Shown here: positions 7,093 to 15,275 of the stretch, piece after piece | Numbering within the stretch: position 1 is the first letter of the stretch | Layout: the number at the start of each line of letters is the position of its first letter | Source: Escherichia coli | GTDB lineage: Bacteria; Pseudomonadota; Gammaproteobacteria; Enterobacterales; Enterobacteriaceae | Strand: one strand, 5' to 3' | Assembly: GCF_030013595.1 (NCBI RefSeq) | Contig: NZ_CP122768.1 | Length of the DNA stretch: 64,000 nucleotides | Translations under genes and position numbers: made by a program | The notes under the pieces: generated by a model | The model's database searches: none | Told to the model about the DNA's origin: nothing | What the model saw: only the letters and a program-made list of their open reading frames with translations

Positions 7093-7471
7093 TACCGCCT
7101 CCACCCCGCAGACGGGAGAACAGCCCGGATACCAGCGATGCGATATCCTGCTGGTGGATGAATGAGAGAATCTTCACCGACACCACCGATACCAGTACCG
7201 CACAAAGCGCGTCGAGAGATGTGCTGTGGAGATTCAATTTTTCGACCAGCCAGGACGCAAGGACATCCGCCCCCAGCACGCCAACAATGAACGACACCAG
7301 AAAATGCGCCGCCACACGCCAGACAGAAATCACCTGTGGCATCGTGGCCACAAACAACGCCCCGGCAAACGCGCCAAACACAATCCCGAAATCCGTCCCG
7401 GTAAACAGCCCGAATACCGTCGCCCCGCCGAGCGCCACAGCAGTGCTGGAACCGGATAAGGGTTCAGACAT
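7082..7471 (-). CDS. Phage holin-family membrane protein (129 aa)
   Basis: MSEPLSGSS... has four Gly/Ala-rich hydrophobic segments. First gene of the lysis cassette. Start chosen at the internal ATG 7471. Confidence 0.55.
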   Translation of the reverse strand: MSEPLSGSSTAVALGGATVFGLFTGTDFGIVFGAFAGALFVATMPQVISVWRVAAHFLVSFIVGVLGADVLASWLVEKLNLHSTSLDALCAVLVSVVSVKILSFIHQQDIASLVSGLFSRLRGGGGNVK

Positions 7472-7670
7472 ATTTATTCTCCTGTAAATAAAAAGGACCA
7501 TCAGCGGCCCCGTAACTGACATTTTATTAACGTTTGAAGATATGGATATTTATCAGGGTTTACCGTTTTCTGAACCCTGGATATGTTAAGCATTCAGCCC
7601 GCCAGTGGTGGGACGCTGGCTCATCATAGAGAAAGAGGGATGGCTGATTACCTCTGATCAGGGAAATCAC

Positions 7671-7940
7671 ATGCAGTTTTTACATAAAAGAATGCATTTA
7701 AATGCAGGAGATACGGTAGTGGTTGACTGCTCTCATCAGTGCAATATTTTGCTGATGACAGATACAAACTTTAATAACTACCGCAACGCAAGAAGCTTTC
7801 ATCATCACGGTGGTGGCGGTTTTTTTCAGAGATTACCGGCCCACCTTCATGTACCGCATTCAGGTTACTGGAATATTACAATTGATTTAGGAGGCGGAAG
7901 TGCAGCTATTCGGCACTCCATTTCCGTCATCCCAGCATAG
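7671..7940 (+). CDS. DUF1883-like protein (89 aa)
   Basis: MQFLHKRMHLNAGDTVVVDCSHQCNILLMTDTNFNNYRNARSFHHHGGGG... recalls the DUF1883 family found in lambdoid/Stx prophages (from memory). Opposite strand to the late operon. Confidence 0.55.
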   Translation: MQFLHKRMHLNAGDTVVVDCSHQCNILLMTDTNFNNYRNARSFHHHGGGGFFQRLPAHLHVPHSGYWNITIDLGGGSAAIRHSISVIPA

Positions 7941-8252
7941 CAACTCGCCTTTAGCCTGAGTAAATGCGTCCTCAAGGACGGCAACGAGTCGCAGTTGCGT
8001 GCCGTCCTTTACACAGCGTGTGCAGGCAATACCTTCAGAACTTTCATTATGCCGAGCTCATACAATTTCACCATTTTGTTCAACTACAACGCTCATAATT
8101 TTCTTACACTTTTTTAATAAACCACACCAATAACAACCATCACCGATACCTTTTGTATGCTGTTATTTTGCATTACGGTGTAACGGCAAGAGCCCCCTCC
8201 CCGCCCTGAAAGGCTCTGTGTTTTTGATGTGCGCCTGATGTGGCTCAGATAC

Positions 8253-8275
8253 AAAAAAGCTCGCAGTAGCGAGCT
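8253..8275 (-). terminator. Rho-independent terminator downstream of the 8299-8577 gene
   Basis: Stem GCTCGC-agta-GCGAGC with a T6 run on the minus strand. Confidence 0.6.
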
Positions 8276-8298
8276 AACAGAAAATATGAAGCATGTTT

Positions 8299-8577
8299 TT
8301 ATCCACGAAGTATGACGTTGAATTCATCCATACCGACACGGCTGGCTATCTCGTTGTATTCCTCAACAAGAGCCAGCAATTCTGAATTAGCAGCCATGAA
8401 CTCTTCAAAAACCTTATGGATGGCATCACTGTTTAATAAAACAATGTTCTTTCCTGAAAGGCGATCAGGGGTAGAAAATATAACTGTCAAACGACTAAAG
8501 GCCCTGGCTCGTTCAGCATTAACATCCTCAATACGCTGCAACAAGCTGGAGCACCTGGAAATATCATCAATATTCAC
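8299..8577 (-). CDS. Hypothetical protein (92 aa)
   Basis: ORF with its own terminator; no recognisable motif. Confidence 0.4.
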   Translation of the reverse strand: MNIDDISRCSSLLQRIEDVNAERARAFSRLTVIFSTPDRLSGKNIVLLNSDAIHKVFEEFMAANSELLALVEEYNEIASRVGMDEFNVILRG

Positions 8578-9095
8578 TCTACTCCTGCCATCTGGATGAT
8601 AATCATTTCACGGAGAGAAGCACTCAGAAGTACCACTGAAGTATAGCTGGTGACCAGCTACTTACACATCTATTGCCATCCTGCTGATGATAAGTCGACA
8701 TTAGCCCTTCTGTCTATAAACGAAACAAAGGATAAGTTCAGGTTTTAAACACACTGCCAGGATAAAGTATTGTATACAGTATAGAAGAGCGTTATTGAAT
8801 GACATAAAAAACCAGACCTAATCCCTTATCCGGAAGATATATCAAATAAACGGGGAAAATGTATTAAGATGGCGTTCCTATTCTCTCCATCCCTGATGTC
8901 CACGTAACTCGTTATAGAATCAGAACGCCATCTGAATACACACAAAAAAGCTGACTTCACACCCTCCAGATGTGTGAACGCAGTGCCCGACCACGTGCTT
9001 TCGCAACCAGCACAAATCATTTTAAAGCATCGAAAAACGATCAGAATATATCAGAACTTCCTAGCATCCTGCTTGGCTTAGATATTAATCGAGGA

Positions 9096-10181
9096 TTAGC
9101 TCCTGTTCTTATCTAATTGTGCATTTCGCAATTTATCGTTCAGCACCAATATTTCACCAACTGTTTGTTCAAAACGCCCGGACTCAAGTTCAACCCCAAT
9201 CGTGCGACGCCCCAATCCCATTGCTGCTTTTATTGTTGCCCCCGATCCCATAAAAAAATCCGCAACCACATCCCCCGGACGACTGCTGGCAGAAATTATC
9301 TGACGCAACATATCCGCCGGTTTTTCGCAGGGATGCTTACCCGGATAATACTGCACGGGCTTATGCGTCCAGACGTCCGTATAAGGAACGGCGGCCGATA
9401 CAGAAAAATAACGCCGCAGAGATTTGTATTCCTCAAGCAGACTGGCATATTGCCGGTTCAGTTCACTGTATGTGCTGACCAGTTGCTGGTGTGGCGTTGC
9501 CAGCTCCCCACGCTGGTGCTTTTCTTCTGCAACACACGCGAACAGCGCCTGCAGTTTTCTGTAATCAGCTTCGTTCGGTAACTGCCACTGACAGGTACCA
9601 AACCAGTGCGACACCATGTTTTTCTTTCCGGTGGCTTCCGCTATCTGTTTGGACGTTATCCCCAGTGATTCACGCGCATCACGGAAGTAAGAAATCAGCG
9701 GGGCCATGACGTGTTGTTTAAGCTCGCGCTCCTTTGCCGCATAGCCATCATTTTTTGGCTGGTATGGCCCCTGATAATGTTCGGCAAACAGAATGCGCTC
9801 TGTTGCCGGGAAATACGCCCGCAGGCTTTCTTTGTTGCACCCGTTCCAGCGTCCGGATGGCTTCGCCCAGATAATGTGGTTCAGCACATTAAAGCGCTCA
9901 CGCATCATGATTTCGGTGTCAGATGCCAGGCGATGACCACAGAACAGGTAGAGACTTCCGGCAGGTTTCAGTACCCGCCAGAACTGAGCCAGACACTGAT
10001 CCAGCCATTTCAGGTAATCATCGTCGCCCTTCCACTGGTTATCCCAGCCCTCGGGCTTCACTTTAAAGTATGGCGGGTCTGTGACTATCAGATCGACAGA
10101 GTTTTCCGGTAAGGTCTGGATAAATTCCAGGCAATCAGCGTTGATTAACTCACAACTGGATATTTTTACAGTATCAACCAT
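9096..10181 (-). CDS. DNA methyltransferase (N6-adenine/N4-cytosine type, beta class), orphan (361 aa)
   Basis: Motif IV DPPY (VTDPPYF) is near the N-terminus and motif I FFMGSGAT near the C-terminus. No adjacent restriction-endonuclease-like ORF. Confidence 0.85.
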   Translation of the reverse strand: MVDTVKISSCELINADCLEFIQTLPENSVDLIVTDPPYFKVKPEGWDNQWKGDDDYLKWLDQCLAQFWRVLKPAGSLYLFCGHRLASDTEIMMRERFNVLNHIIWAKPSGRWNGCNKESLRAYFPATERILFAEHYQGPYQPKNDGYAAKERELKQHVMAPLISYFRDARESLGITSKQIAEATGKKNMVSHWFGTCQWQLPNEADYRKLQALFACVAEEKHQRGELATPHQQLVSTYSELNRQYASLLEEYKSLRRYFSVSAAVPYTDVWTHKPVQYYPGKHPCEKPADMLRQIISASSRPGDVVADFFMGSGATIKAAMGLGRRTIGVELESGRFEQTVGEILVLNDKLRNAQLDKNRS

Positions 10182-10331
10182 AGATCAATAAGCACTTCTC
10201 TGATAGGCTCATACCGCTTTTGCGCAAAGCAGATGGGCCTGAGGTTTGCTTGTGACCCTAACGCATGAGCAGATGGCTGGCAGGTGCCGCTAACACCCAC
10301 CAGCCGCCCATTACCACAAATGAAAAAACCT

Positions 10332-10529
10332 TCACTGCGGAAGGCGTCTGTAACAACCGAACTGATAATCTGCCAGACCCGCCATAACAAGCTGGGTCAG
10401 TATTAACTGACAGCGTTCGCGTGAAAGGTAAGTATTCTGCGCAATTTCCCCAACTGTTGCCGGTTCAGTGACGCTTAATTCATTAAACACCACTCTGGCT
10501 GTTTCGGTCATATCCTGCTGTTTTAGCAT
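10332..10529 (-). CDS. Small hypothetical protein, possible winged-helix (65 aa)
   Basis: ORF immediately upstream of the methyltransferase in the same direction. Segment TVGEIAQNTYLSRERCQLILTQL is HTH-like. Confidence 0.4.
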   Translation of the reverse strand: MLKQQDMTETARVVFNELSVTEPATVGEIAQNTYLSRERCQLILTQLVMAGLADYQFGCYRRLPQ

Positions 10530-10702
10530 GTCTTTTTCTCTTTATTGGTTAACGTGACATACCAATAACTCTTGTCGAAAAAGCCAGCAAGCTGAAAGAC
10601 CGGTATTAATAACCACCTGCACATTTTATGTACCGAACCATTTTTCTGGCATAAAAAACCTCTCAATGGCGGGCGGTAAAAATCTTTGTTACTCAAGAAA
10701 TT

Positions 10703-11416
10703 TTAACGCACTCTGACTGTATTAATTTCAAAATCATTAATATTTCCGCTATTAAATATAACGAATTTCTTACCCCCACTCCTGTATGATTTCGATAACA
10801 CCAGACGATCATCATAACGCGCAATAATGTAATACCATACATTCTCATAGTGGATCGCCTGATATTCCCTCTTAAACTGTGGTTTGTACCAACCGGCAAT
10901 AAGAGAGAATGCCCAGAAATAAATCATAAACCCAGCCATCATGAACTCAATTCGGTGATGACGAATAAAAGACATTTCCGAAAAACATTTGACTGAAACA
11001 AGTCTTCTTCCAAACCTGACAAAAAGCGTGATTGTAAAGGCAGCAAGAATGCAGAAAATCAGTACATCTGGCTCAACATGCTGATGGATTACCGAAAACT
11101 CCAGAACAGGTGGAATAAAAAGCAGCAATATCGCGAGAAAAAGCCGGATAAAACTCAAATTTTGTATATTGCGCTTTTGTTTTATGCCCAAAAAGAAAAC
11201 AATACCAACTCCCCATCCAATAAGGAATATAACGATAACTGTCACAGCATAAAACAAACTTCGTGCTACATCATCGACACCAGCCCCGACAACCCACCAT
11301 GGAAAGCCATAGTAAAATGAAGTACCCCATCCATAGAAATAAGCGCTTCCCCATCCTAGACAGCCCATATAAGCAACAAAAAGTGAAGAGTTTCTGAGCA
11401 GAGCACTGTCATCCAT
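10703..11416 (-). CDS. AT-rich multi-TM membrane protein with a soluble C-terminal domain, unknown function (237 aa)
   Basis: About 5 hydrophobic segments, then a C-terminal beta-rich region (YENVWYYIIARYDDRLVLSKSY...). About 33-35% GC in spot counts. First ORF downstream of pR'/tR'. Confidence 0.55.
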   Translation of the reverse strand: MDDSALLRNSSLFVAYMGCLGWGSAYFYGWGTSFYYGFPWWVVGAGVDDVARSLFYAVTVIVIFLIGWGVGIVFFLGIKQKRNIQNLSFIRLFLAILLLFIPPVLEFSVIHQHVEPDVLIFCILAAFTITLFVRFGRRLVSVKCFSEMSFIRHHRIEFMMAGFMIYFWAFSLIAGWYKPQFKREYQAIHYENVWYYIIARYDDRLVLSKSYRSGGKKFVIFNSGNINDFEINTVRVR

Positions 11417-11553
11417 AGTAACACCATTAACAACTCAAAAATATCAACACATATTACATAACAAATTGGATTCCATGCAGTCAAGGGGCGTCATTGATGG
11501 AGAAAGTATTGGCACAATCATCATCACGTTTAATGTCTATGCCATTTTTTTGG

Positions 11554-11585
11554 GGATAAAAAAACCCGCTCGGTCACGGGTTTTA
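11554..11585 (-). terminator. tR'-like intrinsic terminator downstream of the late promoter
   Basis: Minus strand reads AAACCCG-tgaccgag-CGGGTTT followed by TTTTTTT. Confidence 0.65.
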
Positions 11586-11634
11586 CTAGCTTTGCCATCA
11601 CGTATAAAAACGGCAAAATATCAGATTCACACGA

Positions 11635-11663
11635 AATATATGCCTTTTTATCTACTTTTGCAA
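11635..11663 (-). promoter_or_regulatory. pR'-like late promoter (TTGCAA-17 nt-TATATT)
   Basis: Near-consensus sigma70 hexamers with a 17-nt spacer, immediately downstream of the Q-like gene and about 50-70 nt upstream of the terminator. Confidence 0.5.
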
Positions 11664-11670
11664 TACTTTG

Positions 11671-12342
11671 CTATGAAAATGCCGCCTTTTGTTTTGAACG
11701 TGTTCCCTCCACCAACAATAAAGCTTCACCATCCAGCCGATGAAAAATGTGTTTCATTGCAACCCAGTGACCAGTAAATGTCTTGGACCAGTTTTTGGTT
11801 GTTACTCCCACCAGTAACGCCAGTTCCTGGTATTCGTAACCTTCCCCACCAAAAAGCTCAGCTTTTACCGCCTGCGCCGCCAACCAGATCAACGTCTTCA
11901 GGCGCACCAGAGTTTTTCCTGCAATTTTTCTGGTACCGGATTGAGCATTAAATTCAGTCCACGCCCACTGCGTTATCGCGATCTGATGCTCCCAGCAAAT
12001 GCTACCGCTGTAACACCACAGCAGCCAGGCTTTATGATGTTCTTCAAGAGACAGAACGGCGCGTCGCCATGATGATGTCGAAAACTCAACCGGACTGACC
12101 AGGGCAATTGATGAACCTTTCACCAGCGATTGCTTTCCCGGGATCGGTGGATTATCCAGCGTTACTATTTTTCCAGTGACCTTATCGCGGTACCGGATTT
12201 TTTTACGTCTGTAACGCCCTGTATTGAACATGGCATTCTCCTGCCAGGCTTCAAGCTGACCTTTTGTTGCTCCACTCAAATCAGCGGTGGCGATCATGAG
12301 CTGCTCACGCACAAACTGTAAATACTGGTTATTCATGCGCAC
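11671..12342 (-). CDS. Probable late antiterminator (Q-like), 223 aa
   Basis: Mainly positional: directly after rusA (10-nt overlap) and directly before a promoter-plus-terminator unit. I do not recognise the sequence with certainty. Confidence 0.55.
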   Translation of the reverse strand: MRMNNQYLQFVREQLMIATADLSGATKGQLEAWQENAMFNTGRYRRKKIRYRDKVTGKIVTLDNPPIPGKQSLVKGSSIALVSPVEFSTSSWRRAVLSLEEHHKAWLLWCYSGSICWEHQIAITQWAWTEFNAQSGTRKIAGKTLVRLKTLIWLAAQAVKAELFGGEGYEYQELALLVGVTTKNWSKTFTGHWVAMKHIFHRLDGEALLLVEGTRSKQKAAFS

Positions 12343-12692
12343 TCCAGTTCTGTGATTTTTATCCCCAGCCGACCACCGGGAACAACCTGACCGCGCATAA
12401 TATTAACTTCATCAAACTGCTCATCGTCGATAAGCAGTCCCGCATGTGTCAGCGCATCCAGTGGTGCCTTCAGGATATTGTCCAGGTCGCGGCGGCGCTT
12501 ATCCGGTGGCTCTGCAATAATTTTTATTGCCAGCCTTCCGGACAGGTTTAATTTCAGTCGCTGCTGGCGAACAATAAGCGCCACATCACGGCGATAACGC
12601 TCACCGGCTTTTGATACAAAATATGTGCTGCCACGACGTCGCCAGTAGGTGTTCACCGTTGGCGGGTAAGGCAAAACAAATTCTATCCCCAT
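12333..12692 (-). CDS. rusA: Holliday junction resolvase RusA (119 aa)
   Basis: MGIEFVLPYPPTVNTYWRRRG...RRDLDNILKAPLDALTHAGLLIDDEQ matches the RusA family signature. Confidence 0.85.
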   Translation of the reverse strand: MGIEFVLPYPPTVNTYWRRRGSTYFVSKAGERYRRDVALIVRQQRLKLNLSGRLAIKIIAEPPDKRRRDLDNILKAPLDALTHAGLLIDDEQFDEVNIMRGQVVPGGRLGIKITELECA

Positions 12693-12704
12693 CAGTAACC
12701 TCTT

Positions 12705-13754
12705 TTATCCGAGTACGCCTGTTGCAAAGGCGTGATCAAGAAAACGAAAAATTAAATCAACCTGAGAACCATGTTTTTCTTCGAATGCCTGCGGATCCGC
12801 ATGAAGCTCGTTGTGATGCTCCCGACACAGCGGCAACGTAAAAATATCGTGGGCCTTTGTTCCCATCCCTCCCTGACCGTGACCAATCAGGTGATGGGGA
12901 TCGTCGGCTGGCTTACCACAACACGCACACGGCTGTGTCTTCACCCAGCGTGTGTATTTCTCATTTACCCAACGGCGACGTTTAGGTCGCTTCATGAAAG
13001 ATTCCGGAGACTCAGGATCAACGGCAATGCTGACCACCGTCTTTTCCTGTGGTGTGTTCTGTTGCTGGTGGACGTGAGGCAACGGCGCAAGATTTTTTGT
13101 GCGCTGCTTCAGTATGCTGGTGGCGGTCTGCTCTCCCGGTACGATGTCGCTTTCGCGGTAAACCGTGCGGATTTTTTCCGCACGTAATCCCAGAGAACGA
13201 CGTAATACTGCCTCCGGTAGCGCGTCCGCCACCTGATTGCAGACCGCCCACCAGGATAATTCAGCCAGCGATAATTCCCGTTCCTGTGCACCACTTATTG
13301 CGTGACGTATGACGTCAATCATCCAGGCTGTCAGATTTTGTTGAGCAAGCTGCCCGAGTGATTCGGATGTCTGGTCGCGCAGCTGGTTGTCGCAGTGCCA
13401 GCACAACAACATTGCGCCGGTACCGTAACGATGTATGACGGTTTCACTGTGGTGATAGTCTCCATGAGGCCACTGGCAGGATTTAACATGACGCAGGAGC
13501 CAGTCAGACAGTGCGCCAGCGCCGCCAGCAGCACGAATCACACGCTCATCGCTGAAAAACGGCAGCAATGTTTTATCTTCCGCCAGCGGCTGGCGAACGG
13601 CAGGAACGACTCCGGACGGCATACCGCGCATGTTTTTCGGTTCCGGCTCCACCAGCACCCTGCCGTTATGGAATACCTGCATGGATTCACGCCCCGGCTT
13701 AAGGACCACCAGCCCGAGTTCCGGTACCGGAACAGGTCGAAGTAATACCCGCAC
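12705..13754 (-). CDS. DUF968-family phage protein with C-terminal HNH-like zinc motif (349 aa)
   Basis: C-terminal CACCGKPADDPHHLIGHGQGGMGTKAHDIFTLPLCREHHNELH is characteristic of the DUF968 (YdfU-like) family as I remember it. Confidence 0.7.
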   Translation of the reverse strand: MRVLLRPVPVPELGLVVLKPGRESMQVFHNGRVLVEPEPKNMRGMPSGVVPAVRQPLAEDKTLLPFFSDERVIRAAGGAGALSDWLLRHVKSCQWPHGDYHHSETVIHRYGTGAMLLCWHCDNQLRDQTSESLGQLAQQNLTAWMIDVIRHAISGAQERELSLAELSWWAVCNQVADALPEAVLRRSLGLRAEKIRTVYRESDIVPGEQTATSILKQRTKNLAPLPHVHQQQNTPQEKTVVSIAVDPESPESFMKRPKRRRWVNEKYTRWVKTQPCACCGKPADDPHHLIGHGQGGMGTKAHDIFTLPLCREHHNELHADPQAFEEKHGSQVDLIFRFLDHAFATGVLG

Positions 13755-13755
13755 G

Positions 13756-14082
13756 TTACCTCCAGATGCGTTGCTGGAATGTGCGGGACGGACGCGGCGG
13801 GCGTTCGGAATAAGGGAGCCTGACGTAGATTATCCAGTGATGGTAGTCGAGGCTAAGGGCTTTCTTAAACTCATACCCACGTCTGCGGTAGTTATGAATC
13901 AGCCATTCGGCCTGTTCTTCAGTGCAGGGATCGTGCTGATACCAGTCATATTTGAATGTGTGAGAACACCGCCCTTGCCTGCTGGCAGGGGCGGTATCAG
14001 AATTGTGATGTTTGGTATTGTGCGCCATCGGTTTTCTCTGCTGGCGCAGCAGGTGCCAGTTGTTCAAGCTGGCGTGCGGCAA
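13756..14082 (-). CDS. Hypothetical nin-region protein (108 aa; start may be ATG 14028)
   Basis: ORF abutting the DUF968 gene; no motif recognised. Confidence 0.4.
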   Translation of the reverse strand: MPHASLNNWHLLRQQRKPMAHNTKHHNSDTAPASRQGRCSHTFKYDWYQHDPCTEEQAEWLIHNYRRRGYEFKKALSLDYHHWIIYVRLPYSERPPRPSRTFQQRIWR

Positions 14083-14163
14083 TATTGTCTCTGATTTCTG
14101 TTGTCGTCAACAGGCAACGTGCTATCATCGAATGGTGTTCTATCCTACTCCGTGAGGTTTACC

Positions 14164-14421
14164 ATGCGTACAACCCAACAATTCAGCATTACATTAACTA
14201 ACGAAATGGCTGACATGGTGCGCGCCCGTGTGGCTTCCGGTGCCTATGCTTCAGAAAGCGAGGTCATTCGTGAAGGGCTTCGCGCACTGAATGAGCGCGA
14301 TAAAGCAATCGAAGCGTGGTTAACGCATTCAGCCGCCCCCTCTCTTGATTCTATCCGCGAAACCCCAAACAACGGACGCTCCATTTCACAGGTTCGCGCC
14401 GCGATTCGATCCGGGAAGTAA
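14164..14421 (+). CDS. parD: ParD-family (ribbon-helix-helix) antitoxin (85 aa)
   Basis: MRTTQQFSITLTNEMADMVRARVASGAYASESEVIREGLRALNERD is typical of ParD/CopG antitoxins. Lies 5 nt upstream of the parE-like gene. Confidence 0.8.
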   Translation: MRTTQQFSITLTNEMADMVRARVASGAYASESEVIREGLRALNERDKAIEAWLTHSAAPSLDSIRETPNNGRSISQVRAAIRSGK

Positions 14422-14426
14422 TCTGC

Positions 14427-14726
14427 ATGACATATGAAGTCATCATTACTCCTGAGGCCGAACAACAAATAATCAACCTGCACAGGTATATAACGGAGAA
14501 AGCAGGGAACGTCATTGCTGACAATTATGCCAATGCGCTTCTTGATTATCTTGATGGGTTTTCTACATTCCCGCATCGGGGCAATAAACGCGATGATATT
14601 CGCCAGGGGATGCGGGTAACTCATTTCCGCCACAGAACGATTATTGCTTTTGCCGTTGATAGCAGAAAAGTCTTTATTGTCGGTATCTATCATGGTGGGC
14701 AAAGTTATGAAACCGATTTCTTATAA
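14427..14726 (+). CDS. parE: ParE/RelE-family toxin (99 aa)
   Basis: MTYEVIITPEAEQQIINLHRYI...FPHRGNKRDDIRQGMRV...IFIVGIYHGGQ shows the ParE fold signature. Paired with parD. Confidence 0.8.
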   Translation: MTYEVIITPEAEQQIINLHRYITEKAGNVIADNYANALLDYLDGFSTFPHRGNKRDDIRQGMRVTHFRHRTIIAFAVDSRKVFIVGIYHGGQSYETDFL

Positions 14727-14807
14727 ACTTTTACCCACATCATTCCGGTGTTAGAATTAACCGTCCGCCCCCTCTCTTACTGGCGGATTCGTAGGCTATA
14801 TAAATCA

Positions 14808-14843
14808 AAGATCCCGGCTCATGTTTGTGTCGGGATCTTTTTT
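14808..14843 (+). terminator. Rho-independent terminator after parE
   Basis: Stem AAGATCCCG/CGGGATCTT followed by TTTTT. Confidence 0.7.
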
Positions 14844-14850
14844 CGGCGAT

Positions 14851-14934
14851 TTATCCCCAGCGGCAAATCGAATACACCACCAGCGCCACCGCCATCGCAA
14901 TTCCTACCGTTGTGAATGCTTCAGGCCAGGTCAT
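14851..14934 (-). CDS. Possible 27-aa hydrophobic peptide
   Basis: [27 protein letters not shown]. Its ATG overlaps the stop of the upstream gene (ATGA at 14931-14934). Too short for the ORF track. Confidence 0.3.
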   Translation of the reverse strand: MTWPEAFTTVGIAMAVALVVYSICRWG

Positions 14935-15275
14935 CGTAAAATATCCTCCACGCTTATCAGTCCGTTCCGCTCCAGATAACTCATCGCCTTATCCGGTAAT
15001 TTGCAGTCTGGCTTCGCTTTCCTCAGTTGCCAGGTTAACTGCTTTACCAGCATGGTTAACTCATCGACCAGACGCTGATATCCCACTGGTTTGTATTCAT
15101 GCAATTTACCGGCTGGCTCTGCTGCCAGCGATACCAGTGCGATTTCCAGAACAGCAATATCCATCTTATATGTGCGGATGATGTCATGGTCGATTGTGCC
15201 CGGTATGCACAGTCTCTGTGCTTCAATAGTCTCCTCTGCGTGAGCTATTAACTGCTCTCTGGTAAAAGTCGTCAT
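14931..15275 (-). CDS. Hypothetical nin-region protein (114 aa)
   Basis: ORF coupled to the HNH gene (4-nt overlap). Confidence 0.45.
   Translation of the reverse strand: MTTFTREQLIAHAEETIEAQRLCIPGTIDHDIIRTYKMDIAVLEIALVSLAAEPAGKLHEYKPVGYQRLVDELTMLVKQLTWQLRKAKPDCKLPDKAMSYLERNGLISVEDILR

Noticed and set aside
8771-8792. Possible LexA box (TATTGTATACAGTATA)
   Set aside because: The TTG/CAG half-sites are only about 4 nt apart, not the CTG-N10-CAG spacing of an SOS box. It is just a short palindrome.
8590-9095. tRNA genes expected between the methyltransferase and the lysis region, as in Stx-type lambdoid phages
   Set aside because: I found no GTTCGAATC-type T-arm or cloverleaf. The only tRNA-like sequence in the window is the serT fragment at 27029-27088.
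10530-11670. Shiga toxin or other known virulence cargo downstream of Q
   Set aside because: No A/B-subunit-like ORF pair or signal-peptide toxin ORFs are present. The slot holds a single multi-TM protein instead.
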